Part shown: positions 10,980-22,663 of the stretch, one piece after another
How the letters are laid out: each line of letters opens with the position of its first letter
Numbering within the stretch: position 1 is the first letter of the stretch
NCBI RefSeq assembly: GCF_013167455.1
Contig: NZ_CP038328.1
Reading direction: 5' to 3' (one strand)
From: Escherichia coli O157:H7
Lineage (GTDB): Bacteria; Pseudomonadota; Gammaproteobacteria; Enterobacterales; Enterobacteriaceae
DNA length: 64,000 nt
The notes under the pieces: model-generated
The model's input: only the letters and a program-made list of their open reading frames with translations
Databases searched by the model: none
What the model was told of the DNA's origin: nothing
Program-made: the position numbers and the translations under genes

Positions 10980-12155
10980 CTACAACCCTAACGCATATTT
11001 CAGCGCCTGACGTTTCAACACGCCAGCACGCTCCGCCGCCATCAAACCAAGATTACGCACAAAACGCAGCGGCGGCAGATTATTACTGAATCCGGCATAA
11101 AACAGATCCATACCGCTCTGCATAATGAAGTTATCCGCCATGCGCCGCATCTGGTAACGCTTGAGGACAGGATAACTGGCCCACGCTTCGCCGTAGCTGC
11201 GGGCATTCACCAGAACATCAATCAGGGCATCGACATCACGATAACCAAGATTCACCCCCTGCCCCGCCAGCGGATGGATGGTGTGCGCGGCATCACCCAC
11301 CAGCGCAAGCCCCGGCTGCACATACTGCAACGCATGGCGGCGTGTCAGCGGAAACGCACCAGCGGCAAGCGGTGTAACGTAACCCAGACGCGACGGGAAA
11401 TGCTTCGCGATTTCCACCTGTAACTGCGCCATATTCATATTCTGCAACTGGCGAATGCGCGCCGGAGAGTCGTACCACACCAGCGATGCCCAGTTATCAA
11501 ACAGCGGCAGAAACGCGCGCGGTCCATCCGGGGTAAATTGCTGCCAGGTGCTATCGCCGGGATCGTTCTCGCACTGGACGCTAATCAACATGCACGACTG
11601 CGCATACTGCCATGCATGAACGCCAATTCCCGCCATCTGCCGCACCTGCGAATTTGCGCCGTCGGCACCAATCACCAGCTTCGCGCGAATCACTTCACCG
11701 CCTTTCAGCTCCAGCTCCTGAAGATCATTATCTCGATGTAATGCAATCAGCGAGGTTGGCACACGTAACGTTACTTTCGGATGCGCTTCCAGCGCCTGCC
11801 ACAATGCCTGTTGCAGGACAGTGTTTTCTACCATATAGCCAAGCAACGGCAACTTTAATTCGGCTGCGTCAAATACCACATGCGCCGTTTCCCACTCCCA
11901 CGTTTCCAGTCTGCGGTAAGGATGGCAACGCATAGCCTGTACTGCATCCCAGACCCCTAACCCTTTAAGCAATGATACCGAAGCCGCGCTGATCGCCGAG
12001 ATCCGCACGTCCGGTTGGCTATCAGCGACAAACGGTGCAGGTTCTGCGTGCTCGATCACCGTTACCGTAAATCCGTGCTGTGCCAGCCCCAGCGCCAGTG
12101 CGCCGCCGACCATTCCTCCGCCGACAATGGCAATTTCCGTTGGTTGATTTGTCAT
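10980..12155 (-). CDS. ubiF: FAD-dependent ubiquinone biosynthesis hydroxylase
   Basis: Starts MTNQPTEIAIVGGGMVGG (Rossmann GxGxxG); 391 aa. The ORF-track start at 12161 is 2 codons upstream. Confidence 0.9.
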   Translation of the reverse strand: MTNQPTEIAIVGGGMVGGALALGLAQHGFTVTVIEHAEPAPFVADSQPDVRISAISAASVSLLKGLGVWDAVQAMRCHPYRRLETWEWETAHVVFDAAELKLPLLGYMVENTVLQQALWQALEAHPKVTLRVPTSLIALHRDNDLQELELKGGEVIRAKLVIGADGANSQVRQMAGIGVHAWQYAQSCMLISVQCENDPGDSTWQQFTPDGPRAFLPLFDNWASLVWYDSPARIRQLQNMNMAQLQVEIAKHFPSRLGYVTPLAAGAFPLTRRHALQYVQPGLALVGDAAHTIHPLAGQGVNLGYRDVDALIDVLVNARSYGEAWASYPVLKRYQMRRMADNFIMQSGMDLFYAGFSNNLPPLRFVRNLGLMAAERAGVLKRQALKYALGL

Positions 12156-12300
12156 GGTCAATCATCCTGTTAGCAATATGCTTTAAGTTTACAGGATTTT
12201 TACCCCCAAGGGCTGATAACGCTCATACTGGTCACAACGGCAGCAAAGCATTACACTATGCGCCCTGCATTCCTGGCTACTATTTCGCAAGAGCAAGTCG

Positions 12301-13725
12301 ATGACCAAAAAACTCCATATTAAAACCTGGGGCTGTCAGATGAACGAGTACGATTCATCGAAGATGGCCGATCTGCTGGATGCCACCCACGGCTATCAAC
12401 TGACCGACGTGGCGGAAGAAGCGGATGTGCTGCTGCTGAACACCTGCTCAATCCGCGAGAAGGCTCAGGAAAAAGTCTTCCATCAGTTGGGTCGCTGGAA
12501 ACTGTTAAAAGAGAAGAATCCAGACCTGATTATCGGCGTCGGTGGCTGCGTGGCATCGCAAGAAGGCGAGCACATTCGCCAGCGCGCCCACTATGTCGAT
12601 ATTATTTTTGGGCCGCAAACGCTGCACCGTCTGCCGGAGATGATCAACTCCGTGCGCGGCGACCGCAGCCCGGTTGTAGATATCAGCTTCCCGGAAATCG
12701 AGAAGTTTGACCGTCTACCGGAACCGCGCGCCGAAGGGCCGACCGCGTTTGTCTCCATCATGGAAGGCTGCAATAAATATTGCACCTACTGCGTGGTGCC
12801 TTACACCCGTGGTGAAGAGGTAAGCCGTCCGTCTGACGATATTCTGTTTGAGATTGCCCAGCTTGCGGCTCAGGGCGTGCGTGAAGTCAACCTGCTCGGT
12901 CAGAACGTGAACGCCTGGCGTGGTGAAAACTACGACGGCACCACCGGATCGTTTGCCGATCTGTTGCGTCTGGTTGCTGCGATCGACGGGATCGATCGTA
13001 TTCGCTTTACCACCAGCCATCCGATCGAATTCACCGACGATATCATCGAAGTGTATCGCGACACGCCGGAGCTGGTGAGCTTCCTGCATCTGCCGGTACA
13101 GAGCGGTTCCGATCGCATTCTGAACCTGATGGGACGTACCCATACGGCGCTGGAGTACAAAGCGATCATCCGTAAACTGCGTGCGGCGCGTCCAGATATT
13201 CAGATCAGTTCTGACTTCATCGTCGGCTTCCCTGGCGAAACCACCGAAGACTTCGAGAAAACGATGAAGCTGATTGCCGACGTCAATTTCGACATGAGCT
13301 ACAGCTTTATCTTCTCTGCACGTCCGGGTACACCAGCCGCCGATATGGTTGATGATGTTCCGGAAGAAGAGAAGAAGCAGCGTCTGTATATTCTGCAAGA
13401 ACGTATCAATCAGCAAGCGATGGCGTGGAGCCGCCGGATGCTCGGCACCACCCAGCGTATTCTGGTAGAAGGTACATCGCGTAAGAGCATCATGGAGCTT
13501 TCCGGGCGTACGGAAAATAACCGCGTGGTCAACTTCGAAGGCACGCCGGATATGATCGGTAAATTCGTCGATGTAGAAATTACCGACGTCTACCCGAACT
13601 CTCTGCGCGGTAAAGTGGTGCGTACTGAAGATGAAATGGGTCTGCGCGTGGCAGAAACACCAGAATCGGTGATTGCCCGTACTCGCAAAGAAAACGACCT
13701 TGGCGTGGGTTATTATCAGCCGTAA
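12301..13725 (+). CDS. miaB: tRNA-i6A37 methylthiotransferase (radical SAM)
   Basis: 474-aa ORF with CxxxCxxC radical-SAM motif (CNKYCTYC). Confidence 0.95.
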
Positions 13726-13731
13726 TTCTCA

Positions 13732-13760
13732 GGCCCGCCGTTCCGGTGGGCCTTGTTTTT
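13732..13760 (+). terminator. hairpin plus T-run after miaB (possible attenuator)
   Basis: ggcccgcc gttcc ggtgggcc followed by ttgttttttc. Confidence 0.4.
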
Positions 13761-13877
13761 TCTCTCTTTATCCCCATCTTTATCGCAATGCTTGCGCCTT
13801 TTTCCTGTGGCGTGAATAATTTCCTTATAGGCCGGTGAATGTTCAGCTTCCGGCGGCATACAGATAAGAGGAACGGT

Positions 13878-14918
13878 TTGAACATAGACACTCGCGAAAT
13901 CACCCTGGAGCCAGCAGACAACGCGCGTCTGTTGAGCCTGTGCGGCCCGTTTGATGACAACATCAAGCAGCTCGAACGCCGTCTCGGCATCGAGATCAAT
14001 CGCCGCGATAACCACTTTAAACTGACCGGCCGTCCGATTTGCGTCACCGCTGCGGCAGACATTCTGCGTAGCCTGTATGTCGATACTGCCCCGATGCGCG
14101 GTCAGATTCAGGATATCGAACCGGAACAGATCCACCTTGCGATTAAAGAAGCACGGGTACTGGAGCAAAGCGCGGAGAGCGTGCCGGAGTACGGCAAAGC
14201 GGTCAATATCAAAACCAAACGCGGCGTAATTAAGCCGCGCACGCCAAACCAGGCGCAGTACATCGCCAATATTCTCGACCATGACATTACCTTCGGCGTT
14301 GGCCCGGCGGGTACGGGTAAAACCTACCTGGCAGTGGCTGCGGCAGTTGATGCCCTGGAGCGTCAGGAAATTCGCCGTATTCTGCTGACTCGTCCGGCAG
14401 TAGAAGCCGGTGAGAAACTGGGCTTCCTGCCTGGCGATTTAAGCCAGAAAGTAGACCCGTATCTGCGCCCGCTGTACGACGCGCTGTTTGAAATGCTGGG
14501 TTTTGAGAAAGTCGAGAAACTGATTGAGCGCAACGTTATTGAAGTCGCACCGCTGGCCTATATGCGTGGTCGTACGCTGAACGACGCATTTATCATTCTC
14601 GATGAGAGCCAGAACACTACCATCGAACAGATGAAGATGTTCCTGACCCGTATCGGTTTTAACTCAAAAGCGGTTATCACCGGCGACGTCACACAGATCG
14701 ACCTGCCGCGTAATACTAAATCAGGCTTACGTCATGCCATCGAAGTGCTGGCCGATGTCGAAGAGATCAGCTTTAACTTCTTCCACAGCGAAGACGTGGT
14801 TCGTCACCCGGTGGTGGCGCGTATCGTTAACGCCTATGAAGCCTGGGAAGAAGCCGAACAAAAACGTAAAGCGGCGCTGGCGGCAGAACGCAAGCGCGAA
14901 GAACAGGAACAAAAATGA
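13878..14918 (+). CDS. ybeZ: PhoH-like ATPase
   Basis: Walker [10 protein letters not shown] recall the protein starting [12 protein letters not shown], which here requires a TTG start at 13878 (346 aa); the ORF-track ATG at 13839 is the alternative. Confidence 0.85.
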   Translation: MNIDTREITLEPADNARLLSLCGPFDDNIKQLERRLGIEINRRDNHFKLTGRPICVTAAADILRSLYVDTAPMRGQIQDIEPEQIHLAIKEARVLEQSAESVPEYGKAVNIKTKRGVIKPRTPNQAQYIANILDHDITFGVGPAGTGKTYLAVAAAVDALERQEIRRILLTRPAVEAGEKLGFLPGDLSQKVDPYLRPLYDALFEMLGFEKVEKLIERNVIEVAPLAYMRGRTLNDAFIILDESQNTTIEQMKMFLTRIGFNSKAVITGDVTQIDLPRNTKSGLRHAIEVLADVEEISFNFFHSEDVVRHPVVARIVNAYEAWEEAEQKRKAALAAERKREEQEQK

Positions 14919-15382
14919 GTCAGGTGATCCTCGATTTACAACTGGCATGTGAAGATAACTCCGGATTGCCGGAAGAGAGCCAGTTTCAAACATGGCTGAA
15001 TGCGGTGATCCCGCAGTTTCAGGAAGAGTCGGAAGTGACGATTCGCGTGGTCGATACCGCCGAAAGCCACAGTCTCAATCTGACCTATCGCGGTAAGGAT
15101 AAGCCGACCAACGTGCTCTCCTTCCCGTTTGAAGTGCCGCCTGGCATGGAGATGTCGCTACTGGGCGATCTGGTTATCTGCCGTCAGATGGTTGAGAAGG
15201 AAGCTCAGGAGCAAGGCAAACCACTGGAGGCGCACTGGGCGCATATGGTGGTGCACGGCAGTCTGCATTTGTTAGGTTACGATCACATCGAAGATGACGA
15301 AGCAGAAGAAATGGAAGCCCTCGAAACAGAGATTATGCTTGCTCTGGGCTATGAGGATCCGTACATTGCCGAGAAAGAATAA
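14915..15382 (+). CDS. ybeY: endoribonuclease YbeY (16S rRNA maturation)
   Basis: 155-aa ORF with HGxLHLxGYDH metal-binding motif; overlaps the ybeZ stop. Confidence 0.95.
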   Translation: MSQVILDLQLACEDNSGLPEESQFQTWLNAVIPQFQEESEVTIRVVDTAESHSLNLTYRGKDKPTNVLSFPFEVPPGMEMSLLGDLVICRQMVEKEAQEQGKPLEAHWAHMVVHGSLHLLGYDHIEDDEAEEMEALETEIMLALGYEDPYIAEKE

Positions 15383-15471
15383 TTTGCCAGCCATTTGACT
15401 GGCAGACGTCCCCGCCGTTGGTGATTAACGACGGCGTTTTGATTAACTAACATGAGAACCCATACGACGCC

Positions 15472-16350
15472 ATGAGCGACGACAATTCACACAGTAGTGA
15501 CACGATAAGCAACAAGAAGGGATTTTTCTCCCTGTTACTCAGCCAACTTTTCCACGGTGAACCGAAAAACCGTGACGAACTGCTGGCGCTGATCCGTGAT
15601 TCCGGGCAGAACGACCTTATCGACGAAGATACGCGCGATATGCTCGAAGGGGTGATGGACATCGCAGACCAACGCGTCCGCGACATCATGATCCCCCGCT
15701 CCCAGATGATTACCCTGAAACGCAACCAGACGCTGGACGAATGCCTTGATGTCATCATCGAGTCCGCCCACTCACGTTTCCCGGTGATTAGCGAAGACAA
15801 AGATCACATTGAAGGGATTCTGATGGCGAAAGACTTGCTGCCGTTTATGCGCAGCGATGCTGAAGCCTTCAGCATGGACAAAGTGTTACGTCAGGCGGTT
15901 GTCGTTCCTGAAAGTAAGCGCGTAGACCGGATGCTGAAAGAGTTTCGCTCTCAGCGTTACCACATGGCGATCGTTATTGACGAATTCGGTGGGGTTTCCG
16001 GTCTGGTAACCATTGAAGACATCCTGGAACTGATTGTTGGTGAGATTGAAGACGAATATGACGAAGAAGATGATATCGACTTCCGTCAGCTGAGTCGTCA
16101 TACCTGGACCGTGCGCGCACTGGCTTCCATTGAAGACTTCAACGAAGCGTTCGGCACCCACTTTAGCGATGAAGAAGTCGACACTATCGGTGGTCTGGTG
16201 ATGCAGGCATTTGGGCATCTTCCGGCACGTGGCGAAACCATCGACATCGACGGTTACCAGTTCAAAGTGGCGATGGCCGACAGTCGGCGTATTATTCAGG
16301 TTCATGTCAAAATCCCGGATGACTCACCCCAGCCGAAGCTGGATGAATAA
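15472..16350 (+). CDS. corC: CorC/YbeX magnesium/cobalt efflux-associated protein (CBS domains)
   Basis: 292-aa ORF; recognised. Confidence 0.9.
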   Translation: MSDDNSHSSDTISNKKGFFSLLLSQLFHGEPKNRDELLALIRDSGQNDLIDEDTRDMLEGVMDIADQRVRDIMIPRSQMITLKRNQTLDECLDVIIESAHSRFPVISEDKDHIEGILMAKDLLPFMRSDAEAFSMDKVLRQAVVVPESKRVDRMLKEFRSQRYHMAIVIDEFGGVSGLVTIEDILELIVGEIEDEYDEEDDIDFRQLSRHTWTVRALASIEDFNEAFGTHFSDEEVDTIGGLVMQAFGHLPARGETIDIDGYQFKVAMADSRRIIQVHVKIPDDSPQPKLDE

Positions 16351-16374
16351 AACCGAAACTGGATAGATAACTAC

Positions 16375-17913
16375 ATGGCTTTTGCCTCATTAATTGAACG
16401 CCAGCGCATTCGCCTGCTGCTGGCGTTATTATTCGGTGCCTGCGGAACGCTGGCCTTCTCTCCTTACGACGTCTGGCCTGCGGCGATTATTTCGCTGATG
16501 GGGCTTCAGGCGTTGACCTTTAACCGCCGTCCACTCCAGTCTGCCGCTATTGGCTTTTGCTGGGGATTTGGCCTCTTTGGCAGCGGTATTAACTGGGTCT
16601 ATGTCAGCATCGCGACCTTTGGCGGAATGCCTGGCCCGGTTAACATCTTCCTGGTGGTACTGCTGGCGGCGTATTTGTCGCTGTATACCGGACTGTTTGC
16701 TGGCGTGCTGTCGCGCCTGTGGCCGAAAACCACCTGGCTGCGCGTGGCGATTGCCGCCCCTGCTCTCTGGCAAGTGACCGAGTTTCTGCGCGGTTGGGTA
16801 CTGACAGGCTTCCCGTGGTTACAGTTCGGCTATAGCCAGATTGATGGCCCGTTAAAAGGGCTGGCACCGCTAATGGGCGTGGAAGCCATTAACTTCCTGC
16901 TTATGATGGTTAGCGGCCTGCTGGCACTGGCGTTAGTCAAACGCAACTGGCGTCCGCTGGTGGTGGCCGTCGTGCTGTTTGCCCTTCCCTTCCCGCTGCG
17001 TTACATCCGGTGGTTTACCCCACAACCGGAGAAAACCATTCAGGTTTCGATGGTTCAGGGCGATATTCCGCAATCGCTGAAATGGGACGAAGGCCAGCTT
17101 CTTAATACGCTGAAGATTTACTACAACGCAACGGCACCGCTGATGGGCAAATCATCGTTGATTATCTGGCCGGAGTCGGCGATAACCGATCTGGAAATTA
17201 ATCAGCAACCGTTCCTCAAAGCACTGGACGGTGAGTTGCGTGATAAAGGTAGCTCGCTGGTGACCGGGATTGTTGACGCGCGTCTTAATAAGCAGAACCG
17301 TTACGATACCTACAACACCATCATCACACTGGGTAAAGGTGCACCGTACAGCTACGAATCAGCCGATCGCTATAACAAAAACCATCTGGTGCCGTTTGGC
17401 GAGTTTGTCCCGCTGGAGTCGATTCTGCGTCCGTTAGCACCGTTCTTTGATCTGCCGATGTCGTCGTTCAGCCGTGGGCCATATATCCAGCCGCCGCTGT
17501 CGGCAAATGGTATTGAGCTTACTGCGGCTATTTGCTACGAGATCATTCTCGGCGAGCAAGTGCGCGATAACTTCCGCCCGGATACCGACTATCTGCTGAC
17601 TATCTCCAACGATGCGTGGTTTGGTAAGTCTATTGGTCCATGGCAGCACTTCCAGATGGCGCGAATGCGTGCGCTGGAGCTGGCGCGCCCACTGTTGCGC
17701 AGCACCAACAACGGCATTACGGCGGTGATTGGCCCGCAGGGTGAGATTCAGGCGATGATCCCGCAGTTCACCCGCGAGGTGTTAACCACTAACGTGACGC
17801 CGACCACCGGACTCACACCATACGCACGTACCGGCAACTGGCCGCTGTGGGTGCTGACGGCACTGTTTGGTTTTGCTGCTGTGTTGATGAGTCTGCGTCA
17901 GCGACGTAAATAA
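16375..17913 (+). CDS. lnt: apolipoprotein N-acyltransferase
   Basis: 512-aa ORF with multi-TM N-terminus and CN-hydrolase domain. Confidence 0.95.
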   Translation: MAFASLIERQRIRLLLALLFGACGTLAFSPYDVWPAAIISLMGLQALTFNRRPLQSAAIGFCWGFGLFGSGINWVYVSIATFGGMPGPVNIFLVVLLAAYLSLYTGLFAGVLSRLWPKTTWLRVAIAAPALWQVTEFLRGWVLTGFPWLQFGYSQIDGPLKGLAPLMGVEAINFLLMMVSGLLALALVKRNWRPLVVAVVLFALPFPLRYIRWFTPQPEKTIQVSMVQGDIPQSLKWDEGQLLNTLKIYYNATAPLMGKSSLIIWPESAITDLEINQQPFLKALDGELRDKGSSLVTGIVDARLNKQNRYDTYNTIITLGKGAPYSYESADRYNKNHLVPFGEFVPLESILRPLAPFFDLPMSSFSRGPYIQPPLSANGIELTAAICYEIILGEQVRDNFRPDTDYLLTISNDAWFGKSIGPWQHFQMARMRALELARPLLRSTNNGITAVIGPQGEIQAMIPQFTREVLTTNVTPTTGLTPYARTGNWPLWVLTALFGFAAVLMSLRQRRK

Positions 17914-18011
17914 TCCCTTCTTATCGTGCCGGAATACATCCCATATTTCGGCACGCTCACCGGATGCGGCATCAGTGCATTATCCGGATAACAATATTCT
18001 CCTATCCAACT

Positions 18012-18028
18012 TTGGCACATCTATTGCT
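18012..18028 (+). promoter_or_regulatory. candidate sigma54 (-24/-12) promoter upstream of gltI
   Basis: tTGGCACatctaTTGCt matches TGGCAC-N5-TTGC with the GG and GC elements 10 nt apart; about 280 bp upstream of gltI. Confidence 0.5.
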
Positions 18029-18309
18029 TTGTTATACAAGGCAAAGCTTTAACCAGCATCAGTACAACCCGGTTGCACCACAGCAATCCACCGGTAGCAC
18101 CAAAAGAGTGCATTTTAAGAATTTTGCTTCGGAATGGTGCGGCGCACCTCCCAAATATAAACAATAAAACAGCAATATCTTTACATTTAGCCAAACTAAA
18201 TGTTACCTAACAGGCACAACACTACACAATAAAGTTGCAGATGATAACAACACAAACACTCACAACGGGTATCCATGCGTTCTTAACGCAGAAGATAAAG
18301 GAGTTGGAT

Positions 18310-19218
18310 ATGCAATTACGTAAACCTGCCACAGCAATCCTGGCCCTGGCGCTTTCCGCAGGACTGGCACAGGCAGATGACGCCGCCCCGGCAGCGGGCA
18401 GTACGCTGGACAAAATCGCCAAAAACGGCGTGATTGTCGTCGGTCACCGTGAATCTTCAGTACCTTTCTCTTATTACGACAATCAGCAAAAAGTGGTGGG
18501 TTATTCGCAGGATTACTCCAACGCCATTGTTGAAGCAGTGAAAAAGAAACTCAACAAACCGGACTTGCAGGTGAAACTGATTCCGATTACCTCACAAAAC
18601 CGTATTCCGCTGCTGCAAAACGGCACTTTTGATTTTGAATGTGGTTCTACCACCAACAACGTCGAACGCCAAAAACAGGCGGCTTTCTCTGACACTATTT
18701 TCGTGGTCGGTACGCGCCTGTTGACCAAAAAGGGCGGCGATATCAAAGATTTTGCCGACCTGAAAGGCAAAGCCGTAGTCGTCACTTCCGGCACTACCTC
18801 TGAAGTTTTGCTCAACAAACTGAATGAAGAGCAAAAAATGAATATGCGCATCATCAGCGCCAAAGATCACGGTGACTCTTTCCGTACCCTGGAAAGCGGT
18901 CGTGCCGTTGCCTTTATGATGGATGATGCTCTGCTGGCCGGTGAACGTGCGAAAGCGAAGAAACCAGACAACTGGGATATCGTCGGCAAGCCGCAGTCTC
19001 AGGAAGCCTATGGTTGCATGTTGCGTAAAGACGATCCGCAGTTCAAAAAGCTGATGGATGACACTATCGCTCAGGTGCAGACCTCCGGTGAAGCGGAAAA
19101 ATGGTTTGATAAATGGTTCAAAAATCCCATTCCGCCGAAAAACCTGAACATGAATTTCGAACTGTCAGACGAAATGAAAGCACTGTTCAAAGAACCGAAT
19201 GACAAAGCACTGAACTAA
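18310..19218 (+). CDS. gltI: glutamate/aspartate ABC transporter periplasmic binding protein
   Basis: Starts MQLRKPATAILALALSAGLAQA (signal peptide); 302 aa. The ORF-track start at 18235 is an upstream in-frame ATG. Confidence 0.9.
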   Translation: MQLRKPATAILALALSAGLAQADDAAPAAGSTLDKIAKNGVIVVGHRESSVPFSYYDNQQKVVGYSQDYSNAIVEAVKKKLNKPDLQVKLIPITSQNRIPLLQNGTFDFECGSTTNNVERQKQAAFSDTIFVVGTRLLTKKGGDIKDFADLKGKAVVVTSGTTSEVLLNKLNEEQKMNMRIISAKDHGDSFRTLESGRAVAFMMDDALLAGERAKAKKPDNWDIVGKPQSQEAYGCMLRKDDPQFKKLMDDTIAQVQTSGEAEKWFDKWFKNPIPPKNLNMNFELSDEMKALFKEPNDKALN

Positions 19219-19374
19219 TTACAAGAACCAGGGGCGGAAATTCTAGCCCTCTCGATTGTTACGTAGCACGGACAGACTATACGCCTGATGGTCGTTCCCC
19301 ATCGGGCCTGAAAACCGCAATACGCTGGGTAACAATCTTCGAGGGTAGCAGTTAACGCTGCTACCCTCTTTTTT
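19215..19374 (+). ncRNA. sroC: SroC sRNA (GcvB sponge) in the gltI-gltJ intergenic region
   Basis: Position and size match the known gltI 3'UTR-derived sRNA; ends at terminator hairpin gagggtagcag ttaacg ctgctaccctc plus T6 (19341-19374). Confidence 0.55.
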
Positions 19375-19387
19375 CTGGAGTAGATTT

Positions 19388-20128
19388 ATGTCTATAGACT
19401 GGAACTGGGGTATTTTTTTACAACAAGCCCCGTTCGGCAACACCACCTATCTTGGTTGGATCTGGAGTGGTTTTCAGGTGACGATCGCTTTGTCGATCTG
19501 CGCCTGGATTATCGCTTTCCTCGTCGGTTCATTTTTCGGTATTTTACGTACCGTTCCAAACCGTTTTCTCTCCGGTCTGGGTACGTTGTATGTCGAACTG
19601 TTCCGCAACGTGCCGTTGATTGTGCAATTCTTTACCTGGTATCTGGTGATCCCGGAGCTGCTGCCGGAGAAAATCGGCATGTGGTTTAAGGCCGAGCTGG
19701 ATCCCAATATTCAGTTTTTCCTTTCATCCATGCTCTGCCTGGGGCTGTTTACCGCCGCCCGTGTTTGCGAACAGGTACGCGCCGCGATTCAGTCGCTGCC
19801 GCGTGGGCAGAAGAATGCCGCGCTGGCTATGGGTCTGACGCTGCCGCAGGCTTACCGCTACGTACTGCTGCCTAATGCTTATCGCGTTATCGTCCCGCCG
19901 ATGACCTCAGAGATGATGAACCTGGTGAAAAACTCCGCCATCGCCTCGACCATCGGTCTGGTAGATATGGCAGCGCAGGCGAGTAAATTGCTCGATTACT
20001 CGGCTCACGCCTGGGAGTCGTTTACCGCCATTACGCTAGCGTATGTGTTTATTAACGCTTTTATCATGCTGGTGATGACGCTGGTTGAACGTAAAGTTCG
20101 CCTGCCTGGCAACATGGGGGGCAAATAA
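19388..20128 (+). CDS. gltJ: glutamate/aspartate ABC transporter permease
   Basis: 246-aa multi-TM ORF; recognised. Confidence 0.95.
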
Positions 20129-20802
20129 TGTACGAGTTTGACTGGAGTTCCATTGTCCCTTCCCTGCCATATCTGCTCGACGGGCTGGTGATCACGCTGA
20201 AAATCACCGTCACGGCAGTCGTGATTGGTATTTTGTGGGGCACCATGCTGGCGGTGATGCGCTTGTCCAGCTTTGCGCCCGTAGCGTGGTTTGCCAAAGC
20301 CTACGTTAACGTATTCCGCTCGATTCCTTTAGTTATGGTTTTGCTGTGGTTTTACCTGATCGTGCCGGGTTTTCTGCAAAACGTGCTGGGATTATCACCA
20401 AAAAATGATATCCGTTTAATTTCGGCGATGGTGGCGTTTTCGATGTTTGAAGCGGCCTACTATTCAGAGATTATCCGTGCCGGTATTCAAAGTATTTCTC
20501 GTGGTCAGTCGAGCGCCGCGCTGGCGTTGGGAATGACTCACTGGCAGTCGATGAAACTGATTATTCTGCCGCAGGCGTTCCGCGCGATGGTGCCGCTGCT
20601 GCTCACTCAGGGCATCGTACTGTTCCAGGATACCTCGCTGGTGTATGTGTTATCTCTGGCCGATTTCTTCCGTACCGCCTCAACCATTGGTGAGCGTGAT
20701 GGCACGCAGGTTGAGATGATCCTGTTTGCCGGATTTGTTTATTTCGTTATTAGCCTTAGCGCGTCGTTGTTGGTCAGCTACTTGAAAAGAAGGACAGCAT
20801 AA
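20128..20802 (+). CDS. gltK: glutamate/aspartate ABC transporter permease
   Basis: 224-aa ORF; start overlaps the gltJ stop. Confidence 0.95.
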
Positions 20803-21527
20803 TGATTACCCTGAAAAATGTTTCAAAATGGTATGGTCACTTTCAGGTGCTGACCGACTGCTCAACCGAAGTGAAAAAAGGCGAAGTGGTGGTGGTTTGC
20901 GGCCCGTCTGGTTCCGGCAAATCAACGCTGATTAAAACCGTCAACGGCCTCGAACCAGTGCAGCAAGGTGAAATCACCGTCGATGGTATCGTGGTTAACG
21001 ACAAGAAAACCGATCTGGCAAAGCTGCGTTCTCGCGTCGGGATGGTATTCCAACATTTCGAGCTGTTCCCTCATCTGTCGATTATCGAAAACCTGACCCT
21101 GGCGCAGGTGAAAGTGCTTAAACGCGATAAAGCACCGGCTCGTGAAAAAGCATTGAAATTGCTGGAGCGCGTGGGACTTTCCGCACATGCCAATAAATTT
21201 CCGGCGCAGCTTTCCGGCGGCCAGCAGCAGCGTGTGGCAATTGCTCGCGCATTGTGTATGGATCCTATTGCGATGCTGTTCGACGAACCCACATCGGCAC
21301 TAGACCCGGAGATGATCAACGAAGTACTGGACGTGATGGTGGAACTGGCGAACGAGGGGATGACCATGATGGTGGTGACCCACGAAATGGGCTTTGCCCG
21401 TAAAGTGGCGAATCGGGTGATCTTTATGGATGAGGGTAAAATTGTTGAAGACTCGCCGAAAGATGCGTTCTTCGATGATCCGAAATCGGACCGCGCAAAA
21501 GACTTCCTCGCGAAAATCCTGCATTAA
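20802..21527 (+). CDS. gltL: glutamate/aspartate ABC transporter ATP-binding protein
   Basis: 241-aa ORF with Walker [10 protein letters not shown] and ABC signature LSGGQQQR. Confidence 0.95.
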   Translation: MITLKNVSKWYGHFQVLTDCSTEVKKGEVVVVCGPSGSGKSTLIKTVNGLEPVQQGEITVDGIVVNDKKTDLAKLRSRVGMVFQHFELFPHLSIIENLTLAQVKVLKRDKAPAREKALKLLERVGLSAHANKFPAQLSGGQQQRVAIARALCMDPIAMLFDEPTSALDPEMINEVLDVMVELANEGMTMMVVTHEMGFARKVANRVIFMDEGKIVEDSPKDAFFDDPKSDRAKDFLAKILH

Positions 21528-21644
21528 TCACTCTGGCGCGCATACCCAAGTGCGCGCCATCTCACGCTTTATCGTCTCGCCCCTCGTATCTGTTACATCC
21601 TGGCGTTACCCTTGTCGCAAAGAAGCACACAACAAGGAGCAACA

Positions 21645-22580
21645 ATGGCACTGCCAATTCTGTTAGATTGCGACCCAGGTCATGATGACGCTATCGCAAT
21701 AGTTCTCGCCCTCGCCTCACCAGAGCTTGATGTCAAAGCAATTACGTCTTCCGCCGGAAACCAGACACCAGAAAAAACCTTACGCAATGTTCTGCGTATG
21801 CTGACCTTGCTTAATCGCACCGATATTCCGGTGGCAGGCGGCGCGGTAAAACCGTTAATGCGTGAGTTGATTATCGCGGACAATGTGCACGGCGAAAGCG
21901 GTCTCGACGGCCCGGCATTACCGGAACCGACGTTCGCACCGCAAAACTGTACGGCGGTAGAGCTGATGGCGAAAACGCTGCGTGAAAGTGCGGAACCTGT
22001 CACGATTGTGTCTACCGGACCGCAAACTAACGTTGCCTTGCTGCTCAATAGCCATCCGGAACTGCATAGCAAAATTGCCCGTATCGTGATTATGGGTGGC
22101 GCTATGGGACTGGGTAACTGGACGCCTGCGGCTGAATTTAATATTTACGTTGACCCGGAAGCGGCAGAAATTGTCTTCCAGTCAGGGATCCCGGTGGTGA
22201 TGGCCGGTCTGGATGTTACTCACAAAGCACAAATCCACGTTGAAGACACTGAGCGTTTCCGCGCGATTGGCAACCCTGTTTCAACCATTGTTGCCGAACT
22301 GCTGGATTTCTTCCTCGAATATCATAAAGACGAAAAATGGGGCTTTGTCGGCGCACCGCTACATGACCCATGCACCATCGCCTGGCTGTTAAAACCGGAG
22401 TTGTTTACCACTGTTGAGCGCTGGGTTGGCGTGGAAACACAGGGGAAATATACCCAGGGTATGACGGTTGTTGATTATTATTATCTGACTGGCAATAAAC
22501 CGAATGCCACTGTAATGGTCGATGTTGATCGTCAGGGCTTTGTTGATTTACTGGCTGATCGTCTGAAATTTTACGCTTAA
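21645..22580 (+). CDS. rihA: pyrimidine-specific ribonucleoside hydrolase
   Basis: Starts [16 protein letters not shown] (nucleoside hydrolase DxDxxxDD motif); RBS aaggag at 21634-21639; 311 aa. Confidence 0.95.
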   Translation: MALPILLDCDPGHDDAIAIVLALASPELDVKAITSSAGNQTPEKTLRNVLRMLTLLNRTDIPVAGGAVKPLMRELIIADNVHGESGLDGPALPEPTFAPQNCTAVELMAKTLRESAEPVTIVSTGPQTNVALLLNSHPELHSKIARIVIMGGAMGLGNWTPAAEFNIYVDPEAAEIVFQSGIPVVMAGLDVTHKAQIHVEDTERFRAIGNPVSTIVAELLDFFLEYHKDEKWGFVGAPLHDPCTIAWLLKPELFTTVERWVGVETQGKYTQGMTVVDYYYLTGNKPNATVMVDVDRQGFVDLLADRLKFYA

Positions 22581-22591
22581 CACACGTCATT

Positions 22592-22645
22592 GATTAAGAT
22601 CACCACGCGTTACCTGGGTGGTCTTAATCTGTTTATCTCTTTTTC
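22592..22645 (+). terminator. hairpin plus T-rich tract after rihA
   Basis: 13-bp stem gattaagatcacc / ggtggtcttaatc (1 mismatch) followed by tgtttatctcttttt. Confidence 0.5.
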
Positions 22646-22663
22646 TTTCAAGATATAAATGCA

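Noticed and set aside
17914-18309. Mobile element (IS5) between lnt and gltI
   Set aside because: The interval is only 396 bp with no transposase ORF or terminal inverted repeats; only a hairpin and a partial REP-like palindrome are present.
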